Source: Candidatus Binatia bacterium
Lineage (GTDB): Bacteria; Desulfobacterota; Binatia; Bin18
Length of the DNA: 64,000 bases
NCBI GenBank assembly: GCA_963666315.2
Contig: CAXXHG010000039.1
Location: 64,001-128,000, forward strand
Reading direction: 5' to 3'
Of this stretch, positions 1 through 10,351 are shown piece by piece. The notes under the pieces were generated by a model, which was not told the origin of the DNA, did not search any database, and was given only the letters and a program-made list of their open reading frames with translations. The position numbers and the translations under genes are program-made. How positions within the stretch are numbered: the first letter of the stretch is position 1; every line of letters starts with the position of its first letter.

Positions 1-616
1 ACGATTTGTCCTCGTAGCCAAACATGGCCCACGGGGTGAATACGCGCCATGGGCCGGTTCCTACCGGCAGGCCTACTTTCTCACGTGCACCTGGACCGTC
101 GAGAAACCCGGGAGAAGAGATAAAATCGACCCGATCAACAAATTTTCGCTTTTGCTGGTCGGTCATCAGAATCGTCCGCCAACACTGAGCCGCGATCGTA
201 TCTGCCCCGCCTGGACCTCCAAAGCGCCGGCCTCGTCCACCCTCGTATTCGCCCAGCACGGTGGAATTCACATTCCCGTACCGATCAACCTGGAGGGTGT
301 TGAGGATGCCCACATCGACATAGCCGAGTTGAGCGAAGTTGCCCGCAGTGTTCATGCTCCCCCATTGTAGAGCCCGGTATCCGGCTCGAGAGGCGACCAT
401 GGTCATGAGTGGGTCCAAGGGCATCATGGATTGCGGAGCAATCACTCCATCCTCAGTCATATATTGGACGCCCGAGCTATAGAGCCGTTGCGCCAGCAAA
501 ATACTGTACAGTGGCTCCCCTCCACCGCCGACCCAGTAGCTCTTTTCCTCTTCAATGATCCGAGAGACCGTACAGATCAGATGCTCCCGTTCTGCAAAAT
601 GTGTGGCCGGTGTCAT
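1..616 (-). CDS. CoA-transferase family I beta subunit (GctB-like), runs off the window edge
   Basis: Manual translation from ATG at 616: MTPATHFAEREHL...LQVDRYGNVNST...RFGGPGGA; overlaps the stop of the alpha subunit. Confidence 0.85.
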   Translation of the reverse strand, partial: MTPATHFAEREHLICTVSRIIEEEKSYWVGGGGEPLYSILLAQRLYSSGVQYMTEDGVIAPQSMMPLDPLMTMVASRAGYRALQWGSMNTAGNFAQLGYVDVGILNTLQVDRYGNVNSTVLGEYEGGRGRRFGGPGGADTIAAQCWRTILMTDQQKRKFVDRVDFISSPGFLDGPGAREKVGLPVGTGPWRVFTPWAMFGYEDKS

Positions 617-1584
617 ATCGAGTAGCCCTCCCGAATAGTTTCGCGTCGTTGCAGCGCTTGCAGATTTTTCCAACCTACGCGTTTCTCCAACATTTCAGTA
701 TGCGAGTCCACACTATACACCCATTTCTCAAGATAGGGGTGGAGATCTCCGCGCATCATGCCGCCGAAGCACTCGACCACGTGCTTCACATCAGAAGCAT
801 AGTGCCCTTGGACCGTGCCTGGATAGGCACCAAAGGGTACATGCACAACGGCATCAACCGTAAAATGCGCAATAGCCGTTCGGGCCGGATCGCGTCGAAA
901 TTCATCCGTCTCGATAATTTCCTCGGCTGAAAGAATGACTCTTTTTGAGGCTAAGGCACAATCAACATGGGAGATGCCTGTGCCGAAAATGCGCGCATTG
1001 CCATACACATCGGCCTGATGCACATGAATGATCGAGACATCCGGATTCAGCGCAGGCAAAAGTACCACGGGCTTCCCGGAGAAGGGGTCGTTGACTAATT
1101 TAGCACCGGATTTCAGAAATCCGTCTGTTCCGCCAAATGACCGGACCCCGATAAACGGCAGGCCCTGGGCCCCAGCCTGCAATCGATAGGTCATGACCAC
1201 ATTCGAATATTCATAGGTTTGGAGCCGTCCTTCTGCGACTGCTTTCGATAGCCATGGACCAAAGCCGACAAAGCCGATATCCGCTTTGCGGGCGCAGCCG
1301 CCTTCAACGAGCAGAGCCAGAGCCACATAGGTGAATTTCCCGCAGATCCAGAGGTCTTTTTTCTTTTGGCGAATGACCTCACGGATGAGTGAACTCGGCC
1401 CGCGCTGAAAGTAGTTGCAATCATAGGCCAGATAGTCGCCATCGGACACAAATTTCTCAATGGCTTCATGCTCGTTCATCATTTTATTGACGAGTGTACG
1501 CGGCTTATGGTCTCGGACCCACGCGCGGAATCCGTCAGGATCAGGTGGAAAGTATTCGCCTTGACCCTCTGCAAGAATCTCCAT
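613..1584 (-). CDS. CoA-transferase family I alpha subunit (GctA-like)
   Basis: 323 aa; PALNPDVSIIHVHQADVYGNA and VVHVPFGAYP motifs. Confidence 0.9.
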   Translation of the reverse strand: MEILAEGQGEYFPPDPDGFRAWVRDHKPRTLVNKMMNEHEAIEKFVSDGDYLAYDCNYFQRGPSSLIREVIRQKKKDLWICGKFTYVALALLVEGGCARKADIGFVGFGPWLSKAVAEGRLQTYEYSNVVMTYRLQAGAQGLPFIGVRSFGGTDGFLKSGAKLVNDPFSGKPVVLLPALNPDVSIIHVHQADVYGNARIFGTGISHVDCALASKRVILSAEEIIETDEFRRDPARTAIAHFTVDAVVHVPFGAYPGTVQGHYASDVKHVVECFGGMMRGDLHPYLEKWVYSVDSHTEMLEKRVGWKNLQALQRRETIREGYSI

Positions 1585-1826
1585 GTCTGTCAGCCTCCTT
1601 AGGTAGCCTCAGGCTTAGATACCACAGCAACGCCGGACGTGCCAAGGCCGATGTGCCAGGGTACGTCCTGGGCACATCCATATGATGTATAATAGAGCAA
1701 CTTGGGCTTGCAATCCGGAGGGCCTTCCTCTATCCATGGGCCAGCTCGGGAATTGGTCATATCCCTACACTGATCTGTGTACGATATAGGGCTGAGGGGG
1801 AGAGGGTGTAGGGTTGAGGGGAGAAG

Positions 1827-2582
1827 ATGAGTGTTGCTGGGTTTATCTGTCTACTTATATTTAGTGCACCGCTCAACGTAGCGGCTGAACCCGAAGACGG
1901 CATTCAGCAGGTATTGCTGCGCTTGTCACTGTTTCAGGAGACGTTTCAGCAAGATTCTCCTGGTGAGTTTCCATCACGCTGGAAAGTCCGTGGCAAAAAA
2001 TCGGTCGCCCAGGCCGTGTACCGGATTGCTGAAGAAGAGGGTAATCGATTTCTGCATGCCTATGCCAATAATCAAGATGTACAAATCGGCATGGAATATT
2101 CCTTTGAACCGAGAGACTATCCCATTTTGCGCTGGCGTTGGCGGGCAACAAGACTCCCTTCCGGTGCGAATGAACGAGCCAAAAGGACGAATGATTCCGC
2201 TGCTGCGGTCTATGTAATTTTTGATAGCGGGATCCTGCCTCGGGCGATCAAGTATGTCTGGAGCTCGAGCCTGCCGGTCGGGACACGTTTCGACAGTCCG
2301 GTTTATTGGCGGGCCAAGGTCGTGGTCTTGCAGCACGGGCCGGCTGGGCCTGGTGAGTGGCGGCAGGAGACTGTTAATTTTCACCAGGACTATAAGATTC
2401 TGTTCGGCTTTGAACCTGGAGAAGTGCGCGGCATAGCTCTGCTCACCGATTCCGATACGATGACGAGCGTAGCTGAGGCCGCGTATGACGATTTTATGCT
2501 GCTACCGGCAGAAGCGCTGCCCGTGCTCGCCGCAGAAAAGGCCGCTGTCGAGCTGTCGTCGATACGGCAAGAAGAACAGTAG
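1827..2582 (+). CDS. DUF3047 family secreted protein
   Basis: Signal peptide; YPILRWRW, NDSAAAVYVIF, IKYVWSS and LLTDSD motifs. Confidence 0.8.
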   Translation: MSVAGFICLLIFSAPLNVAAEPEDGIQQVLLRLSLFQETFQQDSPGEFPSRWKVRGKKSVAQAVYRIAEEEGNRFLHAYANNQDVQIGMEYSFEPRDYPILRWRWRATRLPSGANERAKRTNDSAAAVYVIFDSGILPRAIKYVWSSSLPVGTRFDSPVYWRAKVVVLQHGPAGPGEWRQETVNFHQDYKILFGFEPGEVRGIALLTDSDTMTSVAEAAYDDFMLLPAEALPVLAAEKAAVELSSIRQEEQ

Positions 2583-2644
2583 AGCAGGAGGGGCAGTTCC
2601 CGAATTGCCAGGGTGCAGTTACGCGCCAACTTCGCAACTTCGCC

Positions 2645-3262
2645 TTACTCGTTGTCGTAATGCAGATCGTGTGCGATCTGCTCGACCGTTTGAGCCACTG
2701 GATCAAAATAGTTCAGCGTCTCGGTGCTGATATCTCCCCCGTAGATATGAACGCTTACCACCGGCTCATTGGTTTGATTGATAAAATCGTGGACCTCTTC
2801 GCTCGGGGACAATACATGGGAGACGTTCCCCGGATGGAGATCTAACGAGGCGGTTTCCTTGAGCTCTGCGTAGCCCGTGTGTGTGCCATCATCCAGACGT
2901 TGATAGCGGATAGTACGGAGCTGATTGCGGTAGACACCTTCGACCACCCATTTCCCGGCATGGTCGTGTACGCCGCTCGATCCGCCCGGGGGCCAGATGG
3001 CCACCATAATATTAAAGCAATCTTTCGGACCACGATGGAGGCGGTAGAGCGTAAAGTCCTGATGCTCTGTGGTAATGCGCCCGGGGGCCGGCTGACAGTA
3101 TTCTTCAGGCAGACTGTTTGCGGTAAGAAACCGTTCAAGTAGGGGCTCAGCTGCGGCAACAATGTTGGCATGCTCCTGCTCGTCTACAACAATCGCTTCG
3201 ACGTCTGCTGCGAGTTGCTGCAGGGTATAGGGTGATTCGTTCTGATAAGCAAGATTACTCAT
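2645..3262 (-). CDS. Cysteine/thiol dioxygenase family (cupin)
   Basis: WPPGGSSGVHDH...EVH...VSVHIYG. Confidence 0.8.
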   Translation of the reverse strand: MSNLAYQNESPYTLQQLAADVEAIVVDEQEHANIVAAAEPLLERFLTANSLPEEYCQPAPGRITTEHQDFTLYRLHRGPKDCFNIMVAIWPPGGSSGVHDHAGKWVVEGVYRNQLRTIRYQRLDDGTHTGYAELKETASLDLHPGNVSHVLSPSEEVHDFINQTNEPVVSVHIYGGDISTETLNYFDPVAQTVEQIAHDLHYDNE

Positions 3263-3424
3263 GAGATTCCCTCCTTATTGCCCTTTTGGCTGACTTGGCG
3301 CTGAAAAGCAAGAGCTACGGTTGTTGTATGTACTCCCTTGACAAGCCGGTCCAGCATGGCAGAAATGGCCCAGCGGATACCCGCGTGTCTAGATAATGTT
3401 CTGGGTGAAGGAGTTTATATTTTC

Positions 3425-4297
3425 ATGGCCCAAGCGCAATCGTTACGGACACTACTTTCCCAGGATAAATTCCTCATGGCCGCAGGTGCCTATGATGTCA
3501 TTTCGGCTCGGCTGGTTGAGGAAGCCGGCTTTCCTCTGGTCTATTACTCCGGTGGCGTGTCTGCCGGGGCGCTCGGCTATCCAGACTTTGGCATGCGGAC
3601 GTTGACAGAAATGATTATCCAGCTTGAAGGGGTATGCCGTGCGGTGAGTGTGCCCGTGATCGCCGATGCCGAAGCGGGTTTTGGGTCGGTGTTGAACGTT
3701 GTACGCATGGTGCAGGAGTACGAACGGGCGAATGTGGCCGGTCTGCATATCGAAGATCAAGATTTGCCTCGGCGGTGTGGACATCTGGGCGGAAAACGTC
3801 TCGTCTCTGCGACCGATCATGCAGCCAAGATTCGGGCAGCGGCCGAGAACCGTACGGATGCTGATACGGTGATTATTGCGCGCATTGATGCCATAGCTGT
3901 CAACGGCCTCGATGATGCAATGGCGCGCGCGGTTGTCTATCTGAAGGCGGGCGCGGACATGTTGTTCTTTGAGGCGTTTGAATCGGTCAAACAGATGGAG
4001 CAGGTGTGTCGCGAGTTTTCTTCTACGCCGCTTATGGTCAACATGGTGGAGGGCGGAAAAACGCCCTTCCTGCCTGCCCGGGATCTTGAACACTTAGGCT
4101 TTTGTCTGGCCATATATCCGGTGACGAATGTTTTAGCCGCTACCTACCAGATGAAGAAAACGCTCCAGATCCTACGAACAAGTGGGAGCACCCAAGGCGC
4201 GTGGCACGAAATGCTGCCGTTTAATGACGTGTTTAATGGGTTGCTCGGCTGGGATCAAGCTTTGGCTTTTATTGATCATTATACTCAATCCGAGTGA
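3425..4297 (+). CDS. Isocitrate lyase/PEP mutase family (PrpB-like)
   Basis: DAEAGFG and IEDQDLPRRCGH; likely start is ATG 3425. Confidence 0.85.
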   Translation: MAQAQSLRTLLSQDKFLMAAGAYDVISARLVEEAGFPLVYYSGGVSAGALGYPDFGMRTLTEMIIQLEGVCRAVSVPVIADAEAGFGSVLNVVRMVQEYERANVAGLHIEDQDLPRRCGHLGGKRLVSATDHAAKIRAAAENRTDADTVIIARIDAIAVNGLDDAMARAVVYLKAGADMLFFEAFESVKQMEQVCREFSSTPLMVNMVEGGKTPFLPARDLEHLGFCLAIYPVTNVLAATYQMKKTLQILRTSGSTQGAWHEMLPFNDVFNGLLGWDQALAFIDHYTQSE

Positions 4298-4302
4298 GAT
4301 GT

Positions 4303-5964
4303 ATGGCAGACCCGGAGAACGTGCTGTCGCCCCAACTGTCCGTCTCGGGGCAGGCCGCCCAACTCGTGCAGGTTGATGCCAAAAGTCGTCAAGAGATGAT
4401 TCTTGCGGCACCTAACAGTCTTGACCTCGTACGGGCGCTGTCTTCGGAGACGCTCCTGTACACGATCAAAGAGATTGGAGCCAACGATGCCGTCGACCTG
4501 CTTGCGTTGGCGGCTCCCGATCAGGTGCGTGACATACTGGACCTCGACTGCTGGCGCAAGGACAGTCTGGATGACGAACGCCTGATTCATTGGCTGCTGC
4601 TGCTGGATGAAGGCGGCAGCAGCCAACTCGCCGAGTGGTTCCTGCACACCGACATTGAACTTCTGGTGCTGTTGGTGAAGCGCCACTTCGAGGTCGTCCG
4701 CCAGGTTGATATTGAAGATGATCGGGATTTTGACCACACAGAATATTTCACGGTTGACGATCAATATCTGCTCCGTTTTCGTGGCGAACCGGAACCGATT
4801 TTACACGTGCTGATCGAGCGTATACGGACGCTGGACTACCGGATGTATCTTTATGTCCTTGAAAACAGCCTGTTTGAACTCGAAAGCGGCCTTGAAGAGG
4901 CTTCCTTCCGCTGGCGAACTGCCCGGCTGGAAGACCGCGGCTATCCGACATATAAGGAAGCTCAGGATCTCTTTCGCTTTGTCCCTCCAGAGTCCGTCCA
5001 TTTGCAGCCATATACACGTACGACACTCCAGATGCATTTTGCTTCAGGAGACGATGTCGTTACGCCGCCTGATCATGCCTTGGCCCTGTTGTCGCAGACC
5101 GCTTCATTTTTTTCCCGCGTCTTGGCAGCCCTTCCCGCTGAGTCTCTCGAACAGATCGGGCAGGAGTTAGCCTACCTGACCAATATTATTGTGGCTGCGG
5201 AAGGACGGGATACCGGCGAAATCGGAGAAATTCGGCGGTGTGTAGAAATGGCGCATGACTATGTCAATATTGGTCTGGCGTTTACTGCCAAGGAGAATGA
5301 GAAGGACGCGCAACACCTGCTCCAGTCGACGCAAGTCCGCCCGTTTTTCCAAGCGGGCCGGGGCTTGATCCAACGTCTCCAGCACCAGGCCGACAAAATG
5401 GCCGCTCAGTTGCATGAAAAAGGTCTGCCGGAATGGGCGAGCTATCTCGATACCCCGTTTCGGGAGATGGCTGTCGGGGTTCGGAGGAGGATGCCGCTCT
5501 TCTTTGTGGGTCTGGAGACTCCGGGCGAGATTGTGTCTCGACGCTTTAGCCGGTTGTCCGAAGTCAAACAGGTGCAAGCTTTGCTCGCTCAGATTCCGAT
5601 GTGGCTGGTAGCCCTACAGCGGTGGGAACTTTTACCTGAGGGAAAAGCGCCTGAGGGTGTCACGTTGGCCGTGCTGTGGAATACGGCGTTTGCCCACTGG
5701 GTCCTCGAAAGGCAGGTCGACGTCCGTGTGCTGAAACGTCAAGAACTCGAAACCTTGCACGAGCAATTGCCGCCTGCCTCGTTAGAAGAACGCTGGAATG
5801 CCTTTCTTGTCTTTGCCGCTGAGCAGATTCGGTTCACGCACGAAGAACAAGCCGCACTTGGAACGCTTGCCCGCCACGCCCGAGACAAGATCGAAGAGGT
5901 TCTGGTTGTGGATGCCAAGACCGTAGATTTACGATTCATTGCAGGACTCCTGGTTGAAGAGTAG
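4303..5964 (+). CDS. DUF6178-like conserved hypothetical protein
   Basis: LDLDCWRKD, ELEEASFRWRTARLEDRGYP and FQAG motifs. Confidence 0.7.
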   Translation: MADPENVLSPQLSVSGQAAQLVQVDAKSRQEMILAAPNSLDLVRALSSETLLYTIKEIGANDAVDLLALAAPDQVRDILDLDCWRKDSLDDERLIHWLLLLDEGGSSQLAEWFLHTDIELLVLLVKRHFEVVRQVDIEDDRDFDHTEYFTVDDQYLLRFRGEPEPILHVLIERIRTLDYRMYLYVLENSLFELESGLEEASFRWRTARLEDRGYPTYKEAQDLFRFVPPESVHLQPYTRTTLQMHFASGDDVVTPPDHALALLSQTASFFSRVLAALPAESLEQIGQELAYLTNIIVAAEGRDTGEIGEIRRCVEMAHDYVNIGLAFTAKENEKDAQHLLQSTQVRPFFQAGRGLIQRLQHQADKMAAQLHEKGLPEWASYLDTPFREMAVGVRRRMPLFFVGLETPGEIVSRRFSRLSEVKQVQALLAQIPMWLVALQRWELLPEGKAPEGVTLAVLWNTAFAHWVLERQVDVRVLKRQELETLHEQLPPASLEERWNAFLVFAAEQIRFTHEEQAALGTLARHARDKIEEVLVVDAKTVDLRFIAGLLVEE

Positions 5965-5997
5965 AGCAGGCTAAAAGTATTAAGGGATTGAAGCAGG

Positions 5998-6813
5998 ATG
6001 GAACAACTTACAGACAAAGTCGCCGTCATCACCGGCGGAGCAAGTGGAATCGGACTGGCTACGGCGCGTGTACTTGCCAGCCGAGGCGTACGGCTGGTGT
6101 TGGCAGATGTAGAAGCCTCGGCCTTGGACCAGGCGGTTGCTGAGCTGTCTGCAAATGGGACGACGGTCCAAGGTGTGGTGTGTGATGTCGGCGACTTGAA
6201 GGCGGTGCAACGACTGGCTGATACGGCCTTCGACTCAATGGGCGCCGTGCACCTTGTGTTTCATAATGCCGGGGTGGCGGTTGGCGGTCCGATTGTTGAC
6301 ATGAAACACAGTGACTGGGAATGGACCCTGCGGGTGAACCTGTGGGGCCCCATACACGGCGTTGAAGTGTTTGTGACACGCATGATCGCGCAGGGCACAG
6401 GCGGCCACATGGTGTTTACCGCGTCGTTTGCCGGTCTGGTCCCAAACGAAGGACTTGGGCCGTATTGTGTGTCCAAATATGGTGTTGTGGCCTTAGCTGA
6501 GGTATTGCGCCGAGAACTGCGAGCCCATGATATTGGGGTGTCGGTCCTATGTCCGATGCGTGTCGCAACGAATATCGGCCACTCCGAGCGTAACCGTCCC
6601 GCTGCGTTGGGAGGCGCAGGAGCTTCCCCTCAGGTGCAAGACCAAGGTGAAGACAATAGCAATCTTGCCGGACGAGTGCTGAACGTGGACGATGTAGCGT
6701 CTCAAGTCGTTGATGCTATTTTCGCCAATCGGCTGTATATTCTGCCGCACGAAGAAAGCCGGCAGTCCGTCCGGCGTCGCTTCGAGCGTATCGATCGGAC
6801 GTATGATGAGTAG
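5998..6813 (+). CDS. Short-chain dehydrogenase/reductase
   Basis: TGGASGIG, HNAG and YCVSK. Confidence 0.92.
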   Translation: MEQLTDKVAVITGGASGIGLATARVLASRGVRLVLADVEASALDQAVAELSANGTTVQGVVCDVGDLKAVQRLADTAFDSMGAVHLVFHNAGVAVGGPIVDMKHSDWEWTLRVNLWGPIHGVEVFVTRMIAQGTGGHMVFTASFAGLVPNEGLGPYCVSKYGVVALAEVLRRELRAHDIGVSVLCPMRVATNIGHSERNRPAALGGAGASPQVQDQGEDNSNLAGRVLNVDDVASQVVDAIFANRLYILPHEESRQSVRRRFERIDRTYDE

Positions 6814-6821
6814 CGGGCGAA

Positions 6822-6872
6822 ATGATGAAAGGGCTGGCAACGATTACGCCCCACCCGATTGTCCAGATGTAA
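6822..6872 (+). pseudogene. Original 5' end of the VOC/glyoxalase gene, cut off by element integration
   Basis: MMKGLATITPHPIVQM then TAA; HPIVQM is encoded by the att core and continues as HPIVQMCWVVDD at 20179. Confidence 0.8.
6852..6870 (+). repeat. attL core CACCCGATTGTCCAGATGT
   Basis: Identical to 20179-20197. Confidence 0.9.
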
Positions 6873-7116
6873 ACAAGCTGTGAGATTTCAATAACTTAGC
6901 GGGTTGTGCTGCGCAGAATCGCGCAACCCCACGCACAATCCGCAACCTATCCGCAACCAACATCCTGCAATGAGGAGGTCTGGAATCCCGACCTTCCTCA
7001 AGCTACCATAACCCCAACCGGGAGGGCCTAGCCTTGGCCAGCGAAAAGGTGGTGTCTCTCCTGCCCGCCCTGGCCCTCCTGTCTCACAGCAGGAGCGTGC
7101 CTGACAGGAGACAGGT

Positions 7117-7930
7117 GTGGGACATTCCAAATCTAAGCAGGCGGCCGAGGTATCCGAGGCCCAACGCGCGTCGGACCATCTAATCAATGTCGTCACCAAA
7201 AGAGGAAAGCTGCTGAGCATGGCAGCGGCTTACGTTGTTGCAACGATGACGTATCCACAGGATGAGGATGGGAGGCGGCGCTGCATCCTCATCCTACTGA
7301 CCGGAGTAAGTGGACGCGCACAAAAGAGGGTGCCGCGCAGTACCGACAAGATCAGCCGAACGTTAGGAGACCAGATCAGTCACTATGGAGGCTATGCCGC
7401 CCTCAGTGACGTGCCCGCACACGCGGAAATGATGCAAGCCTATAGGGACAGGAGCAGGCATGGCCTCCTCGCGGGTGATGTCCTGTTGAACGTGTATCGC
7501 ATAGACAATACGGGCATGCCAGCCAGCGTAAACAAAGCGGTATTCCTTCGCGCATCACAAGACAACGACGCGCCGGTCAGCGAGAGAAAGGTCCGCCATG
7601 CATGGAGCGACTACAGGTCCGTCGCTCCGTTCTGGGCTGCGTTACGGCTGCGGCAACAAGCCAACAGTCCCGGAGGAAAAATCCCTCAAGCTTCTCCTAC
7701 AGAGATCCTCCCAAAAAGAATTGCCCGCGTTCCTAGCGGAGTGTGAAGCTTTCCGTTTATTTGCCATCACCTTCCACGCCCGTGGTATGTCTAATCCCCT
7801 CCTCGATGCCGCCAAAGTCTGGTGCATACCTGCGAACGTACACTTGCCCGATGGCCCGCTGTGGCATGCGCAGCTTTCCCCGCCGGAACTGCTGATTCTC
7901 GCAGGCTACCACGCACGACAGCGGTCCTAA
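7117..7930 (+). pseudogene. Hypothetical element protein upstream of xis, apparently frameshifted
   Basis: Overlapping ORFs 7117-7746 and 7598-7930; AGGAG RBS before the GTG. Confidence 0.5.
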
Positions 7931-8052
7931 CGCAAGCAGCCGAGCGTCTCTGCGCTGCCTGTCTGAAGACGCACCGGCCCCTTATCTACAGTACTGCAGG
8001 CCCACTCTGCATGAATTACAGCTGTTTTCTCCATTGATATCATCCTCTCGCT

Positions 8053-8322
8053 ATGACACGAATCGAAACGAGCCTACAAGCCGACGGGTTTCTCAGCAAG
8101 CGAGAAGCCGCAGAATATCTTTCTCTTTCCGCCCGCTCAATAGATAATCTCCTGGCCAAAGGCGAGCTACCGGCCTTTAGACCTCCCATCGGGACGGAAC
8201 ACGGGCGCAAACTGCTTTTCCGGCGATGCGACTTGGACGCATGGGTCGAGCGCTATCCGGCGAACCAGGATCTCGATCAGATCGTGGAAGAGGCCCTTGT
8301 CGGAATGGGTCGAGAGAAATAG
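8053..8322 (+). CDS. Excisionase-like helix-turn-helix protein (HTH_17)
   Basis: FLSKREAAEYLSLSARSI...GELPAF...LLFRRCDLDAW. Confidence 0.85.
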   Translation: MTRIETSLQADGFLSKREAAEYLSLSARSIDNLLAKGELPAFRPPIGTEHGRKLLFRRCDLDAWVERYPANQDLDQIVEEALVGMGREK

Positions 8323-8493
8323 ACCTCGTGTCTTACTGCTGGCGGGGAGGTGTACTTACATTCTTTGCCAATCAACCACCGGTTTGTGTGAGAACACCTC
8401 CCACGTGGAACTCATAGGCCTCGTGAGAAGGTCAGAACGACGCACCATAGGACGTTCATTTGGGAGACCATAACCGCCCAAGGAGGGAGAGAG

Positions 8494-8793
8494 ATGCCGC
8501 GCAGAATGAAGAAGTTTGAACTCGGATCATTATATCTCAAAGCCCAAAATTGCCGCTTCGATATAGAGGCAGTGAGAACGATCCTAAATCAGGAACTAAA
8601 GCCGTTGATCATTGGCGATGAGGCGGCAATGGATGCATGGCGCGACGCATTTATATTCACCTTACGGCTCTGTGGCTATCTACGAGAAACCACCGAAGCG
8701 CTCCGTTACGCTTACAACGACGCCCAAGGCCACCCTCATCCTGAATTTGGGAGGAAGATCGAATGCCAGCCTGCTCCAAAGCTAGGTGACTAG
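8494..8793 (+). CDS. Hypothetical element protein
   Basis: 99-aa ORF with AGGAGG RBS, co-oriented with xis. Confidence 0.5.
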   Translation: MPRRMKKFELGSLYLKAQNCRFDIEAVRTILNQELKPLIIGDEAAMDAWRDAFIFTLRLCGYLRETTEALRYAYNDAQGHPHPEFGRKIECQPAPKLGD

Positions 8794-8934
8794 ACACCAG
8801 CTACAGAGGCGTGTGGTCCCTCAGCGCAAAAAAGCCCGACCCGGTGGGAGCCAGGCAGGGCAAAAATAAATTACGACTGTGGCTTGGGACGCCTTCCACA
8901 AAAGCCCCAGGCCACCGGTCAAAAGGAAATAATT

Positions 8935-9279
8935 ATGAGAGACGATAACATAAATGCCGGTACAACCCAAGACGGCCTACCGCTCCAATGGGCGCCCTAC
9001 TACGCGAGCCTAAGGTACCCTGTCTTGCCCGTTCACACGCCCACGACCAGCACTGTAGCCAGACGAACCATACGGGAGGGAAAAATGGACGATGGCAGGC
9101 TAAGCTGCGATCAGTGTCCGTACACGATCGCGGTTTCTCTGGAAGACATCGACGCGGACATTCACCAGGCCGGAGACGTGCGCTCGTGCGGAGACAATGC
9201 TGGTTTTCTCTGCGCCTCCTGCCACAGCGAACTGGTGTTTGAGGATCCACAGCCTTTCCCGGAGGAGCCAAGTGTCTAG
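8935..9279 (+). CDS. Hypothetical protein: Prim-Pol-like N-terminal motif plus CxxC...CxxC zinc finger
   Basis: WAPYYASLRYPVLPVHTP; CDQC...CASC. Confidence 0.45.
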   Translation: MRDDNINAGTTQDGLPLQWAPYYASLRYPVLPVHTPTTSTVARRTIREGKMDDGRLSCDQCPYTIAVSLEDIDADIHQAGDVRSCGDNAGFLCASCHSELVFEDPQPFPEEPSV

Positions 9280-10351
9280 CTCGCCACCTCGCCGCCGTAT
9301 TGTTCCAGTGCATCTGATCCCCAGTACAGTTGAAGAGATCGACCCGGTCTCAGACTGGCACGAGGAGGAGTCAGAGGAACCGTTAAGTAGCCGAGAACCT
9401 GTGATCTTATCTGATGAACGCCGGGACTTGGGGCTTGTCACTGCCGGAGAGTTATTAGCCCAGCCGGATAGAGACACTCAGTGGCTAGTCGATGGTCTCC
9501 TGCCTGTCGGCGGTACCTCCGTTATGGTAGCCAAACCGAAAGTGGGCAAAACCGTCACCGTACGAAATCTCGCCAAGGCAGTCTCCCGTGGCAGTCCTTT
9601 TCTCAATCGCGGCACCCTACAAGGCACGGTCATCTACCTGGCGATGGAAGAGATCGAAGAAATGGTGAAGCAGTCTTTCAGAAAGATGGGTGTTACTGAC
9701 TCGGATCCCATCATGATCCGATGCAGCATGATGGATGAAACATCGGCCAGGCGACTACACGCCAGTATACGAAACGATCCCCCAGCGCTGTTGATCGTGG
9801 ATACGTTGTTTCGATTCGCAAGAATAAGAGACGAGAACAAGTACGCGGAGGTCACCAGGGCGCTGAATCCTCTGATCAATCTGGCCCGCGAGACCGGTAC
9901 GCACATATTGGCCACACACCACGCGAAGAAGGAGATCGCAATTGGGGACCCTATGGACGCGGTGCTCGGATCAACGGCGATATTTGGCTCGGTTGATACC
10001 GCCATTATGCTCCAAAAAAACTCGCAGGGCATTCGGACGATCTGGTCCGGTCAACGTTATGGCACTGCAATACCGAAAACAATTTTGCGTTTAAACACGG
10101 AAAGGGAACGTACCTGGATAGTCTCCGAGACAGTCCATGTGGAACCCGCAGGGGAGATGCGCCAGGAGCGAAAGGAACTGCTCAATATCGTCATCAATTC
10201 CAAGGATCCGCTATCAGCCAAACAAGTCGCACAACGTGCCAATAAAAACGAAAGTACGACGCGGAACATGCTAGAGAAGCTCATTTTGGCAGGAGATATT
10301 GAAAAGTGCAAAGAAGAAGGCCACGTAACATATGCCCCAAGAACTTCGTAA
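9272..10351 (+). CDS. AAA_25/RepA-type RecA-fold helicase with C-terminal HTH
   Basis: WLVDGLLP, AKPKVGKT (Walker A), LLIVDT (Walker B), THHAKK, LGSTAI; GGAGGAG RBS before GTG 9272. Confidence 0.85.
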   Translation: MSSSPPRRRIVPVHLIPSTVEEIDPVSDWHEEESEEPLSSREPVILSDERRDLGLVTAGELLAQPDRDTQWLVDGLLPVGGTSVMVAKPKVGKTVTVRNLAKAVSRGSPFLNRGTLQGTVIYLAMEEIEEMVKQSFRKMGVTDSDPIMIRCSMMDETSARRLHASIRNDPPALLIVDTLFRFARIRDENKYAEVTRALNPLINLARETGTHILATHHAKKEIAIGDPMDAVLGSTAIFGSVDTAIMLQKNSQGIRTIWSGQRYGTAIPKTILRLNTERERTWIVSETVHVEPAGEMRQERKELLNIVINSKDPLSAKQVAQRANKNESTTRNMLEKLILAGDIEKCKEEGHVTYAPRTS

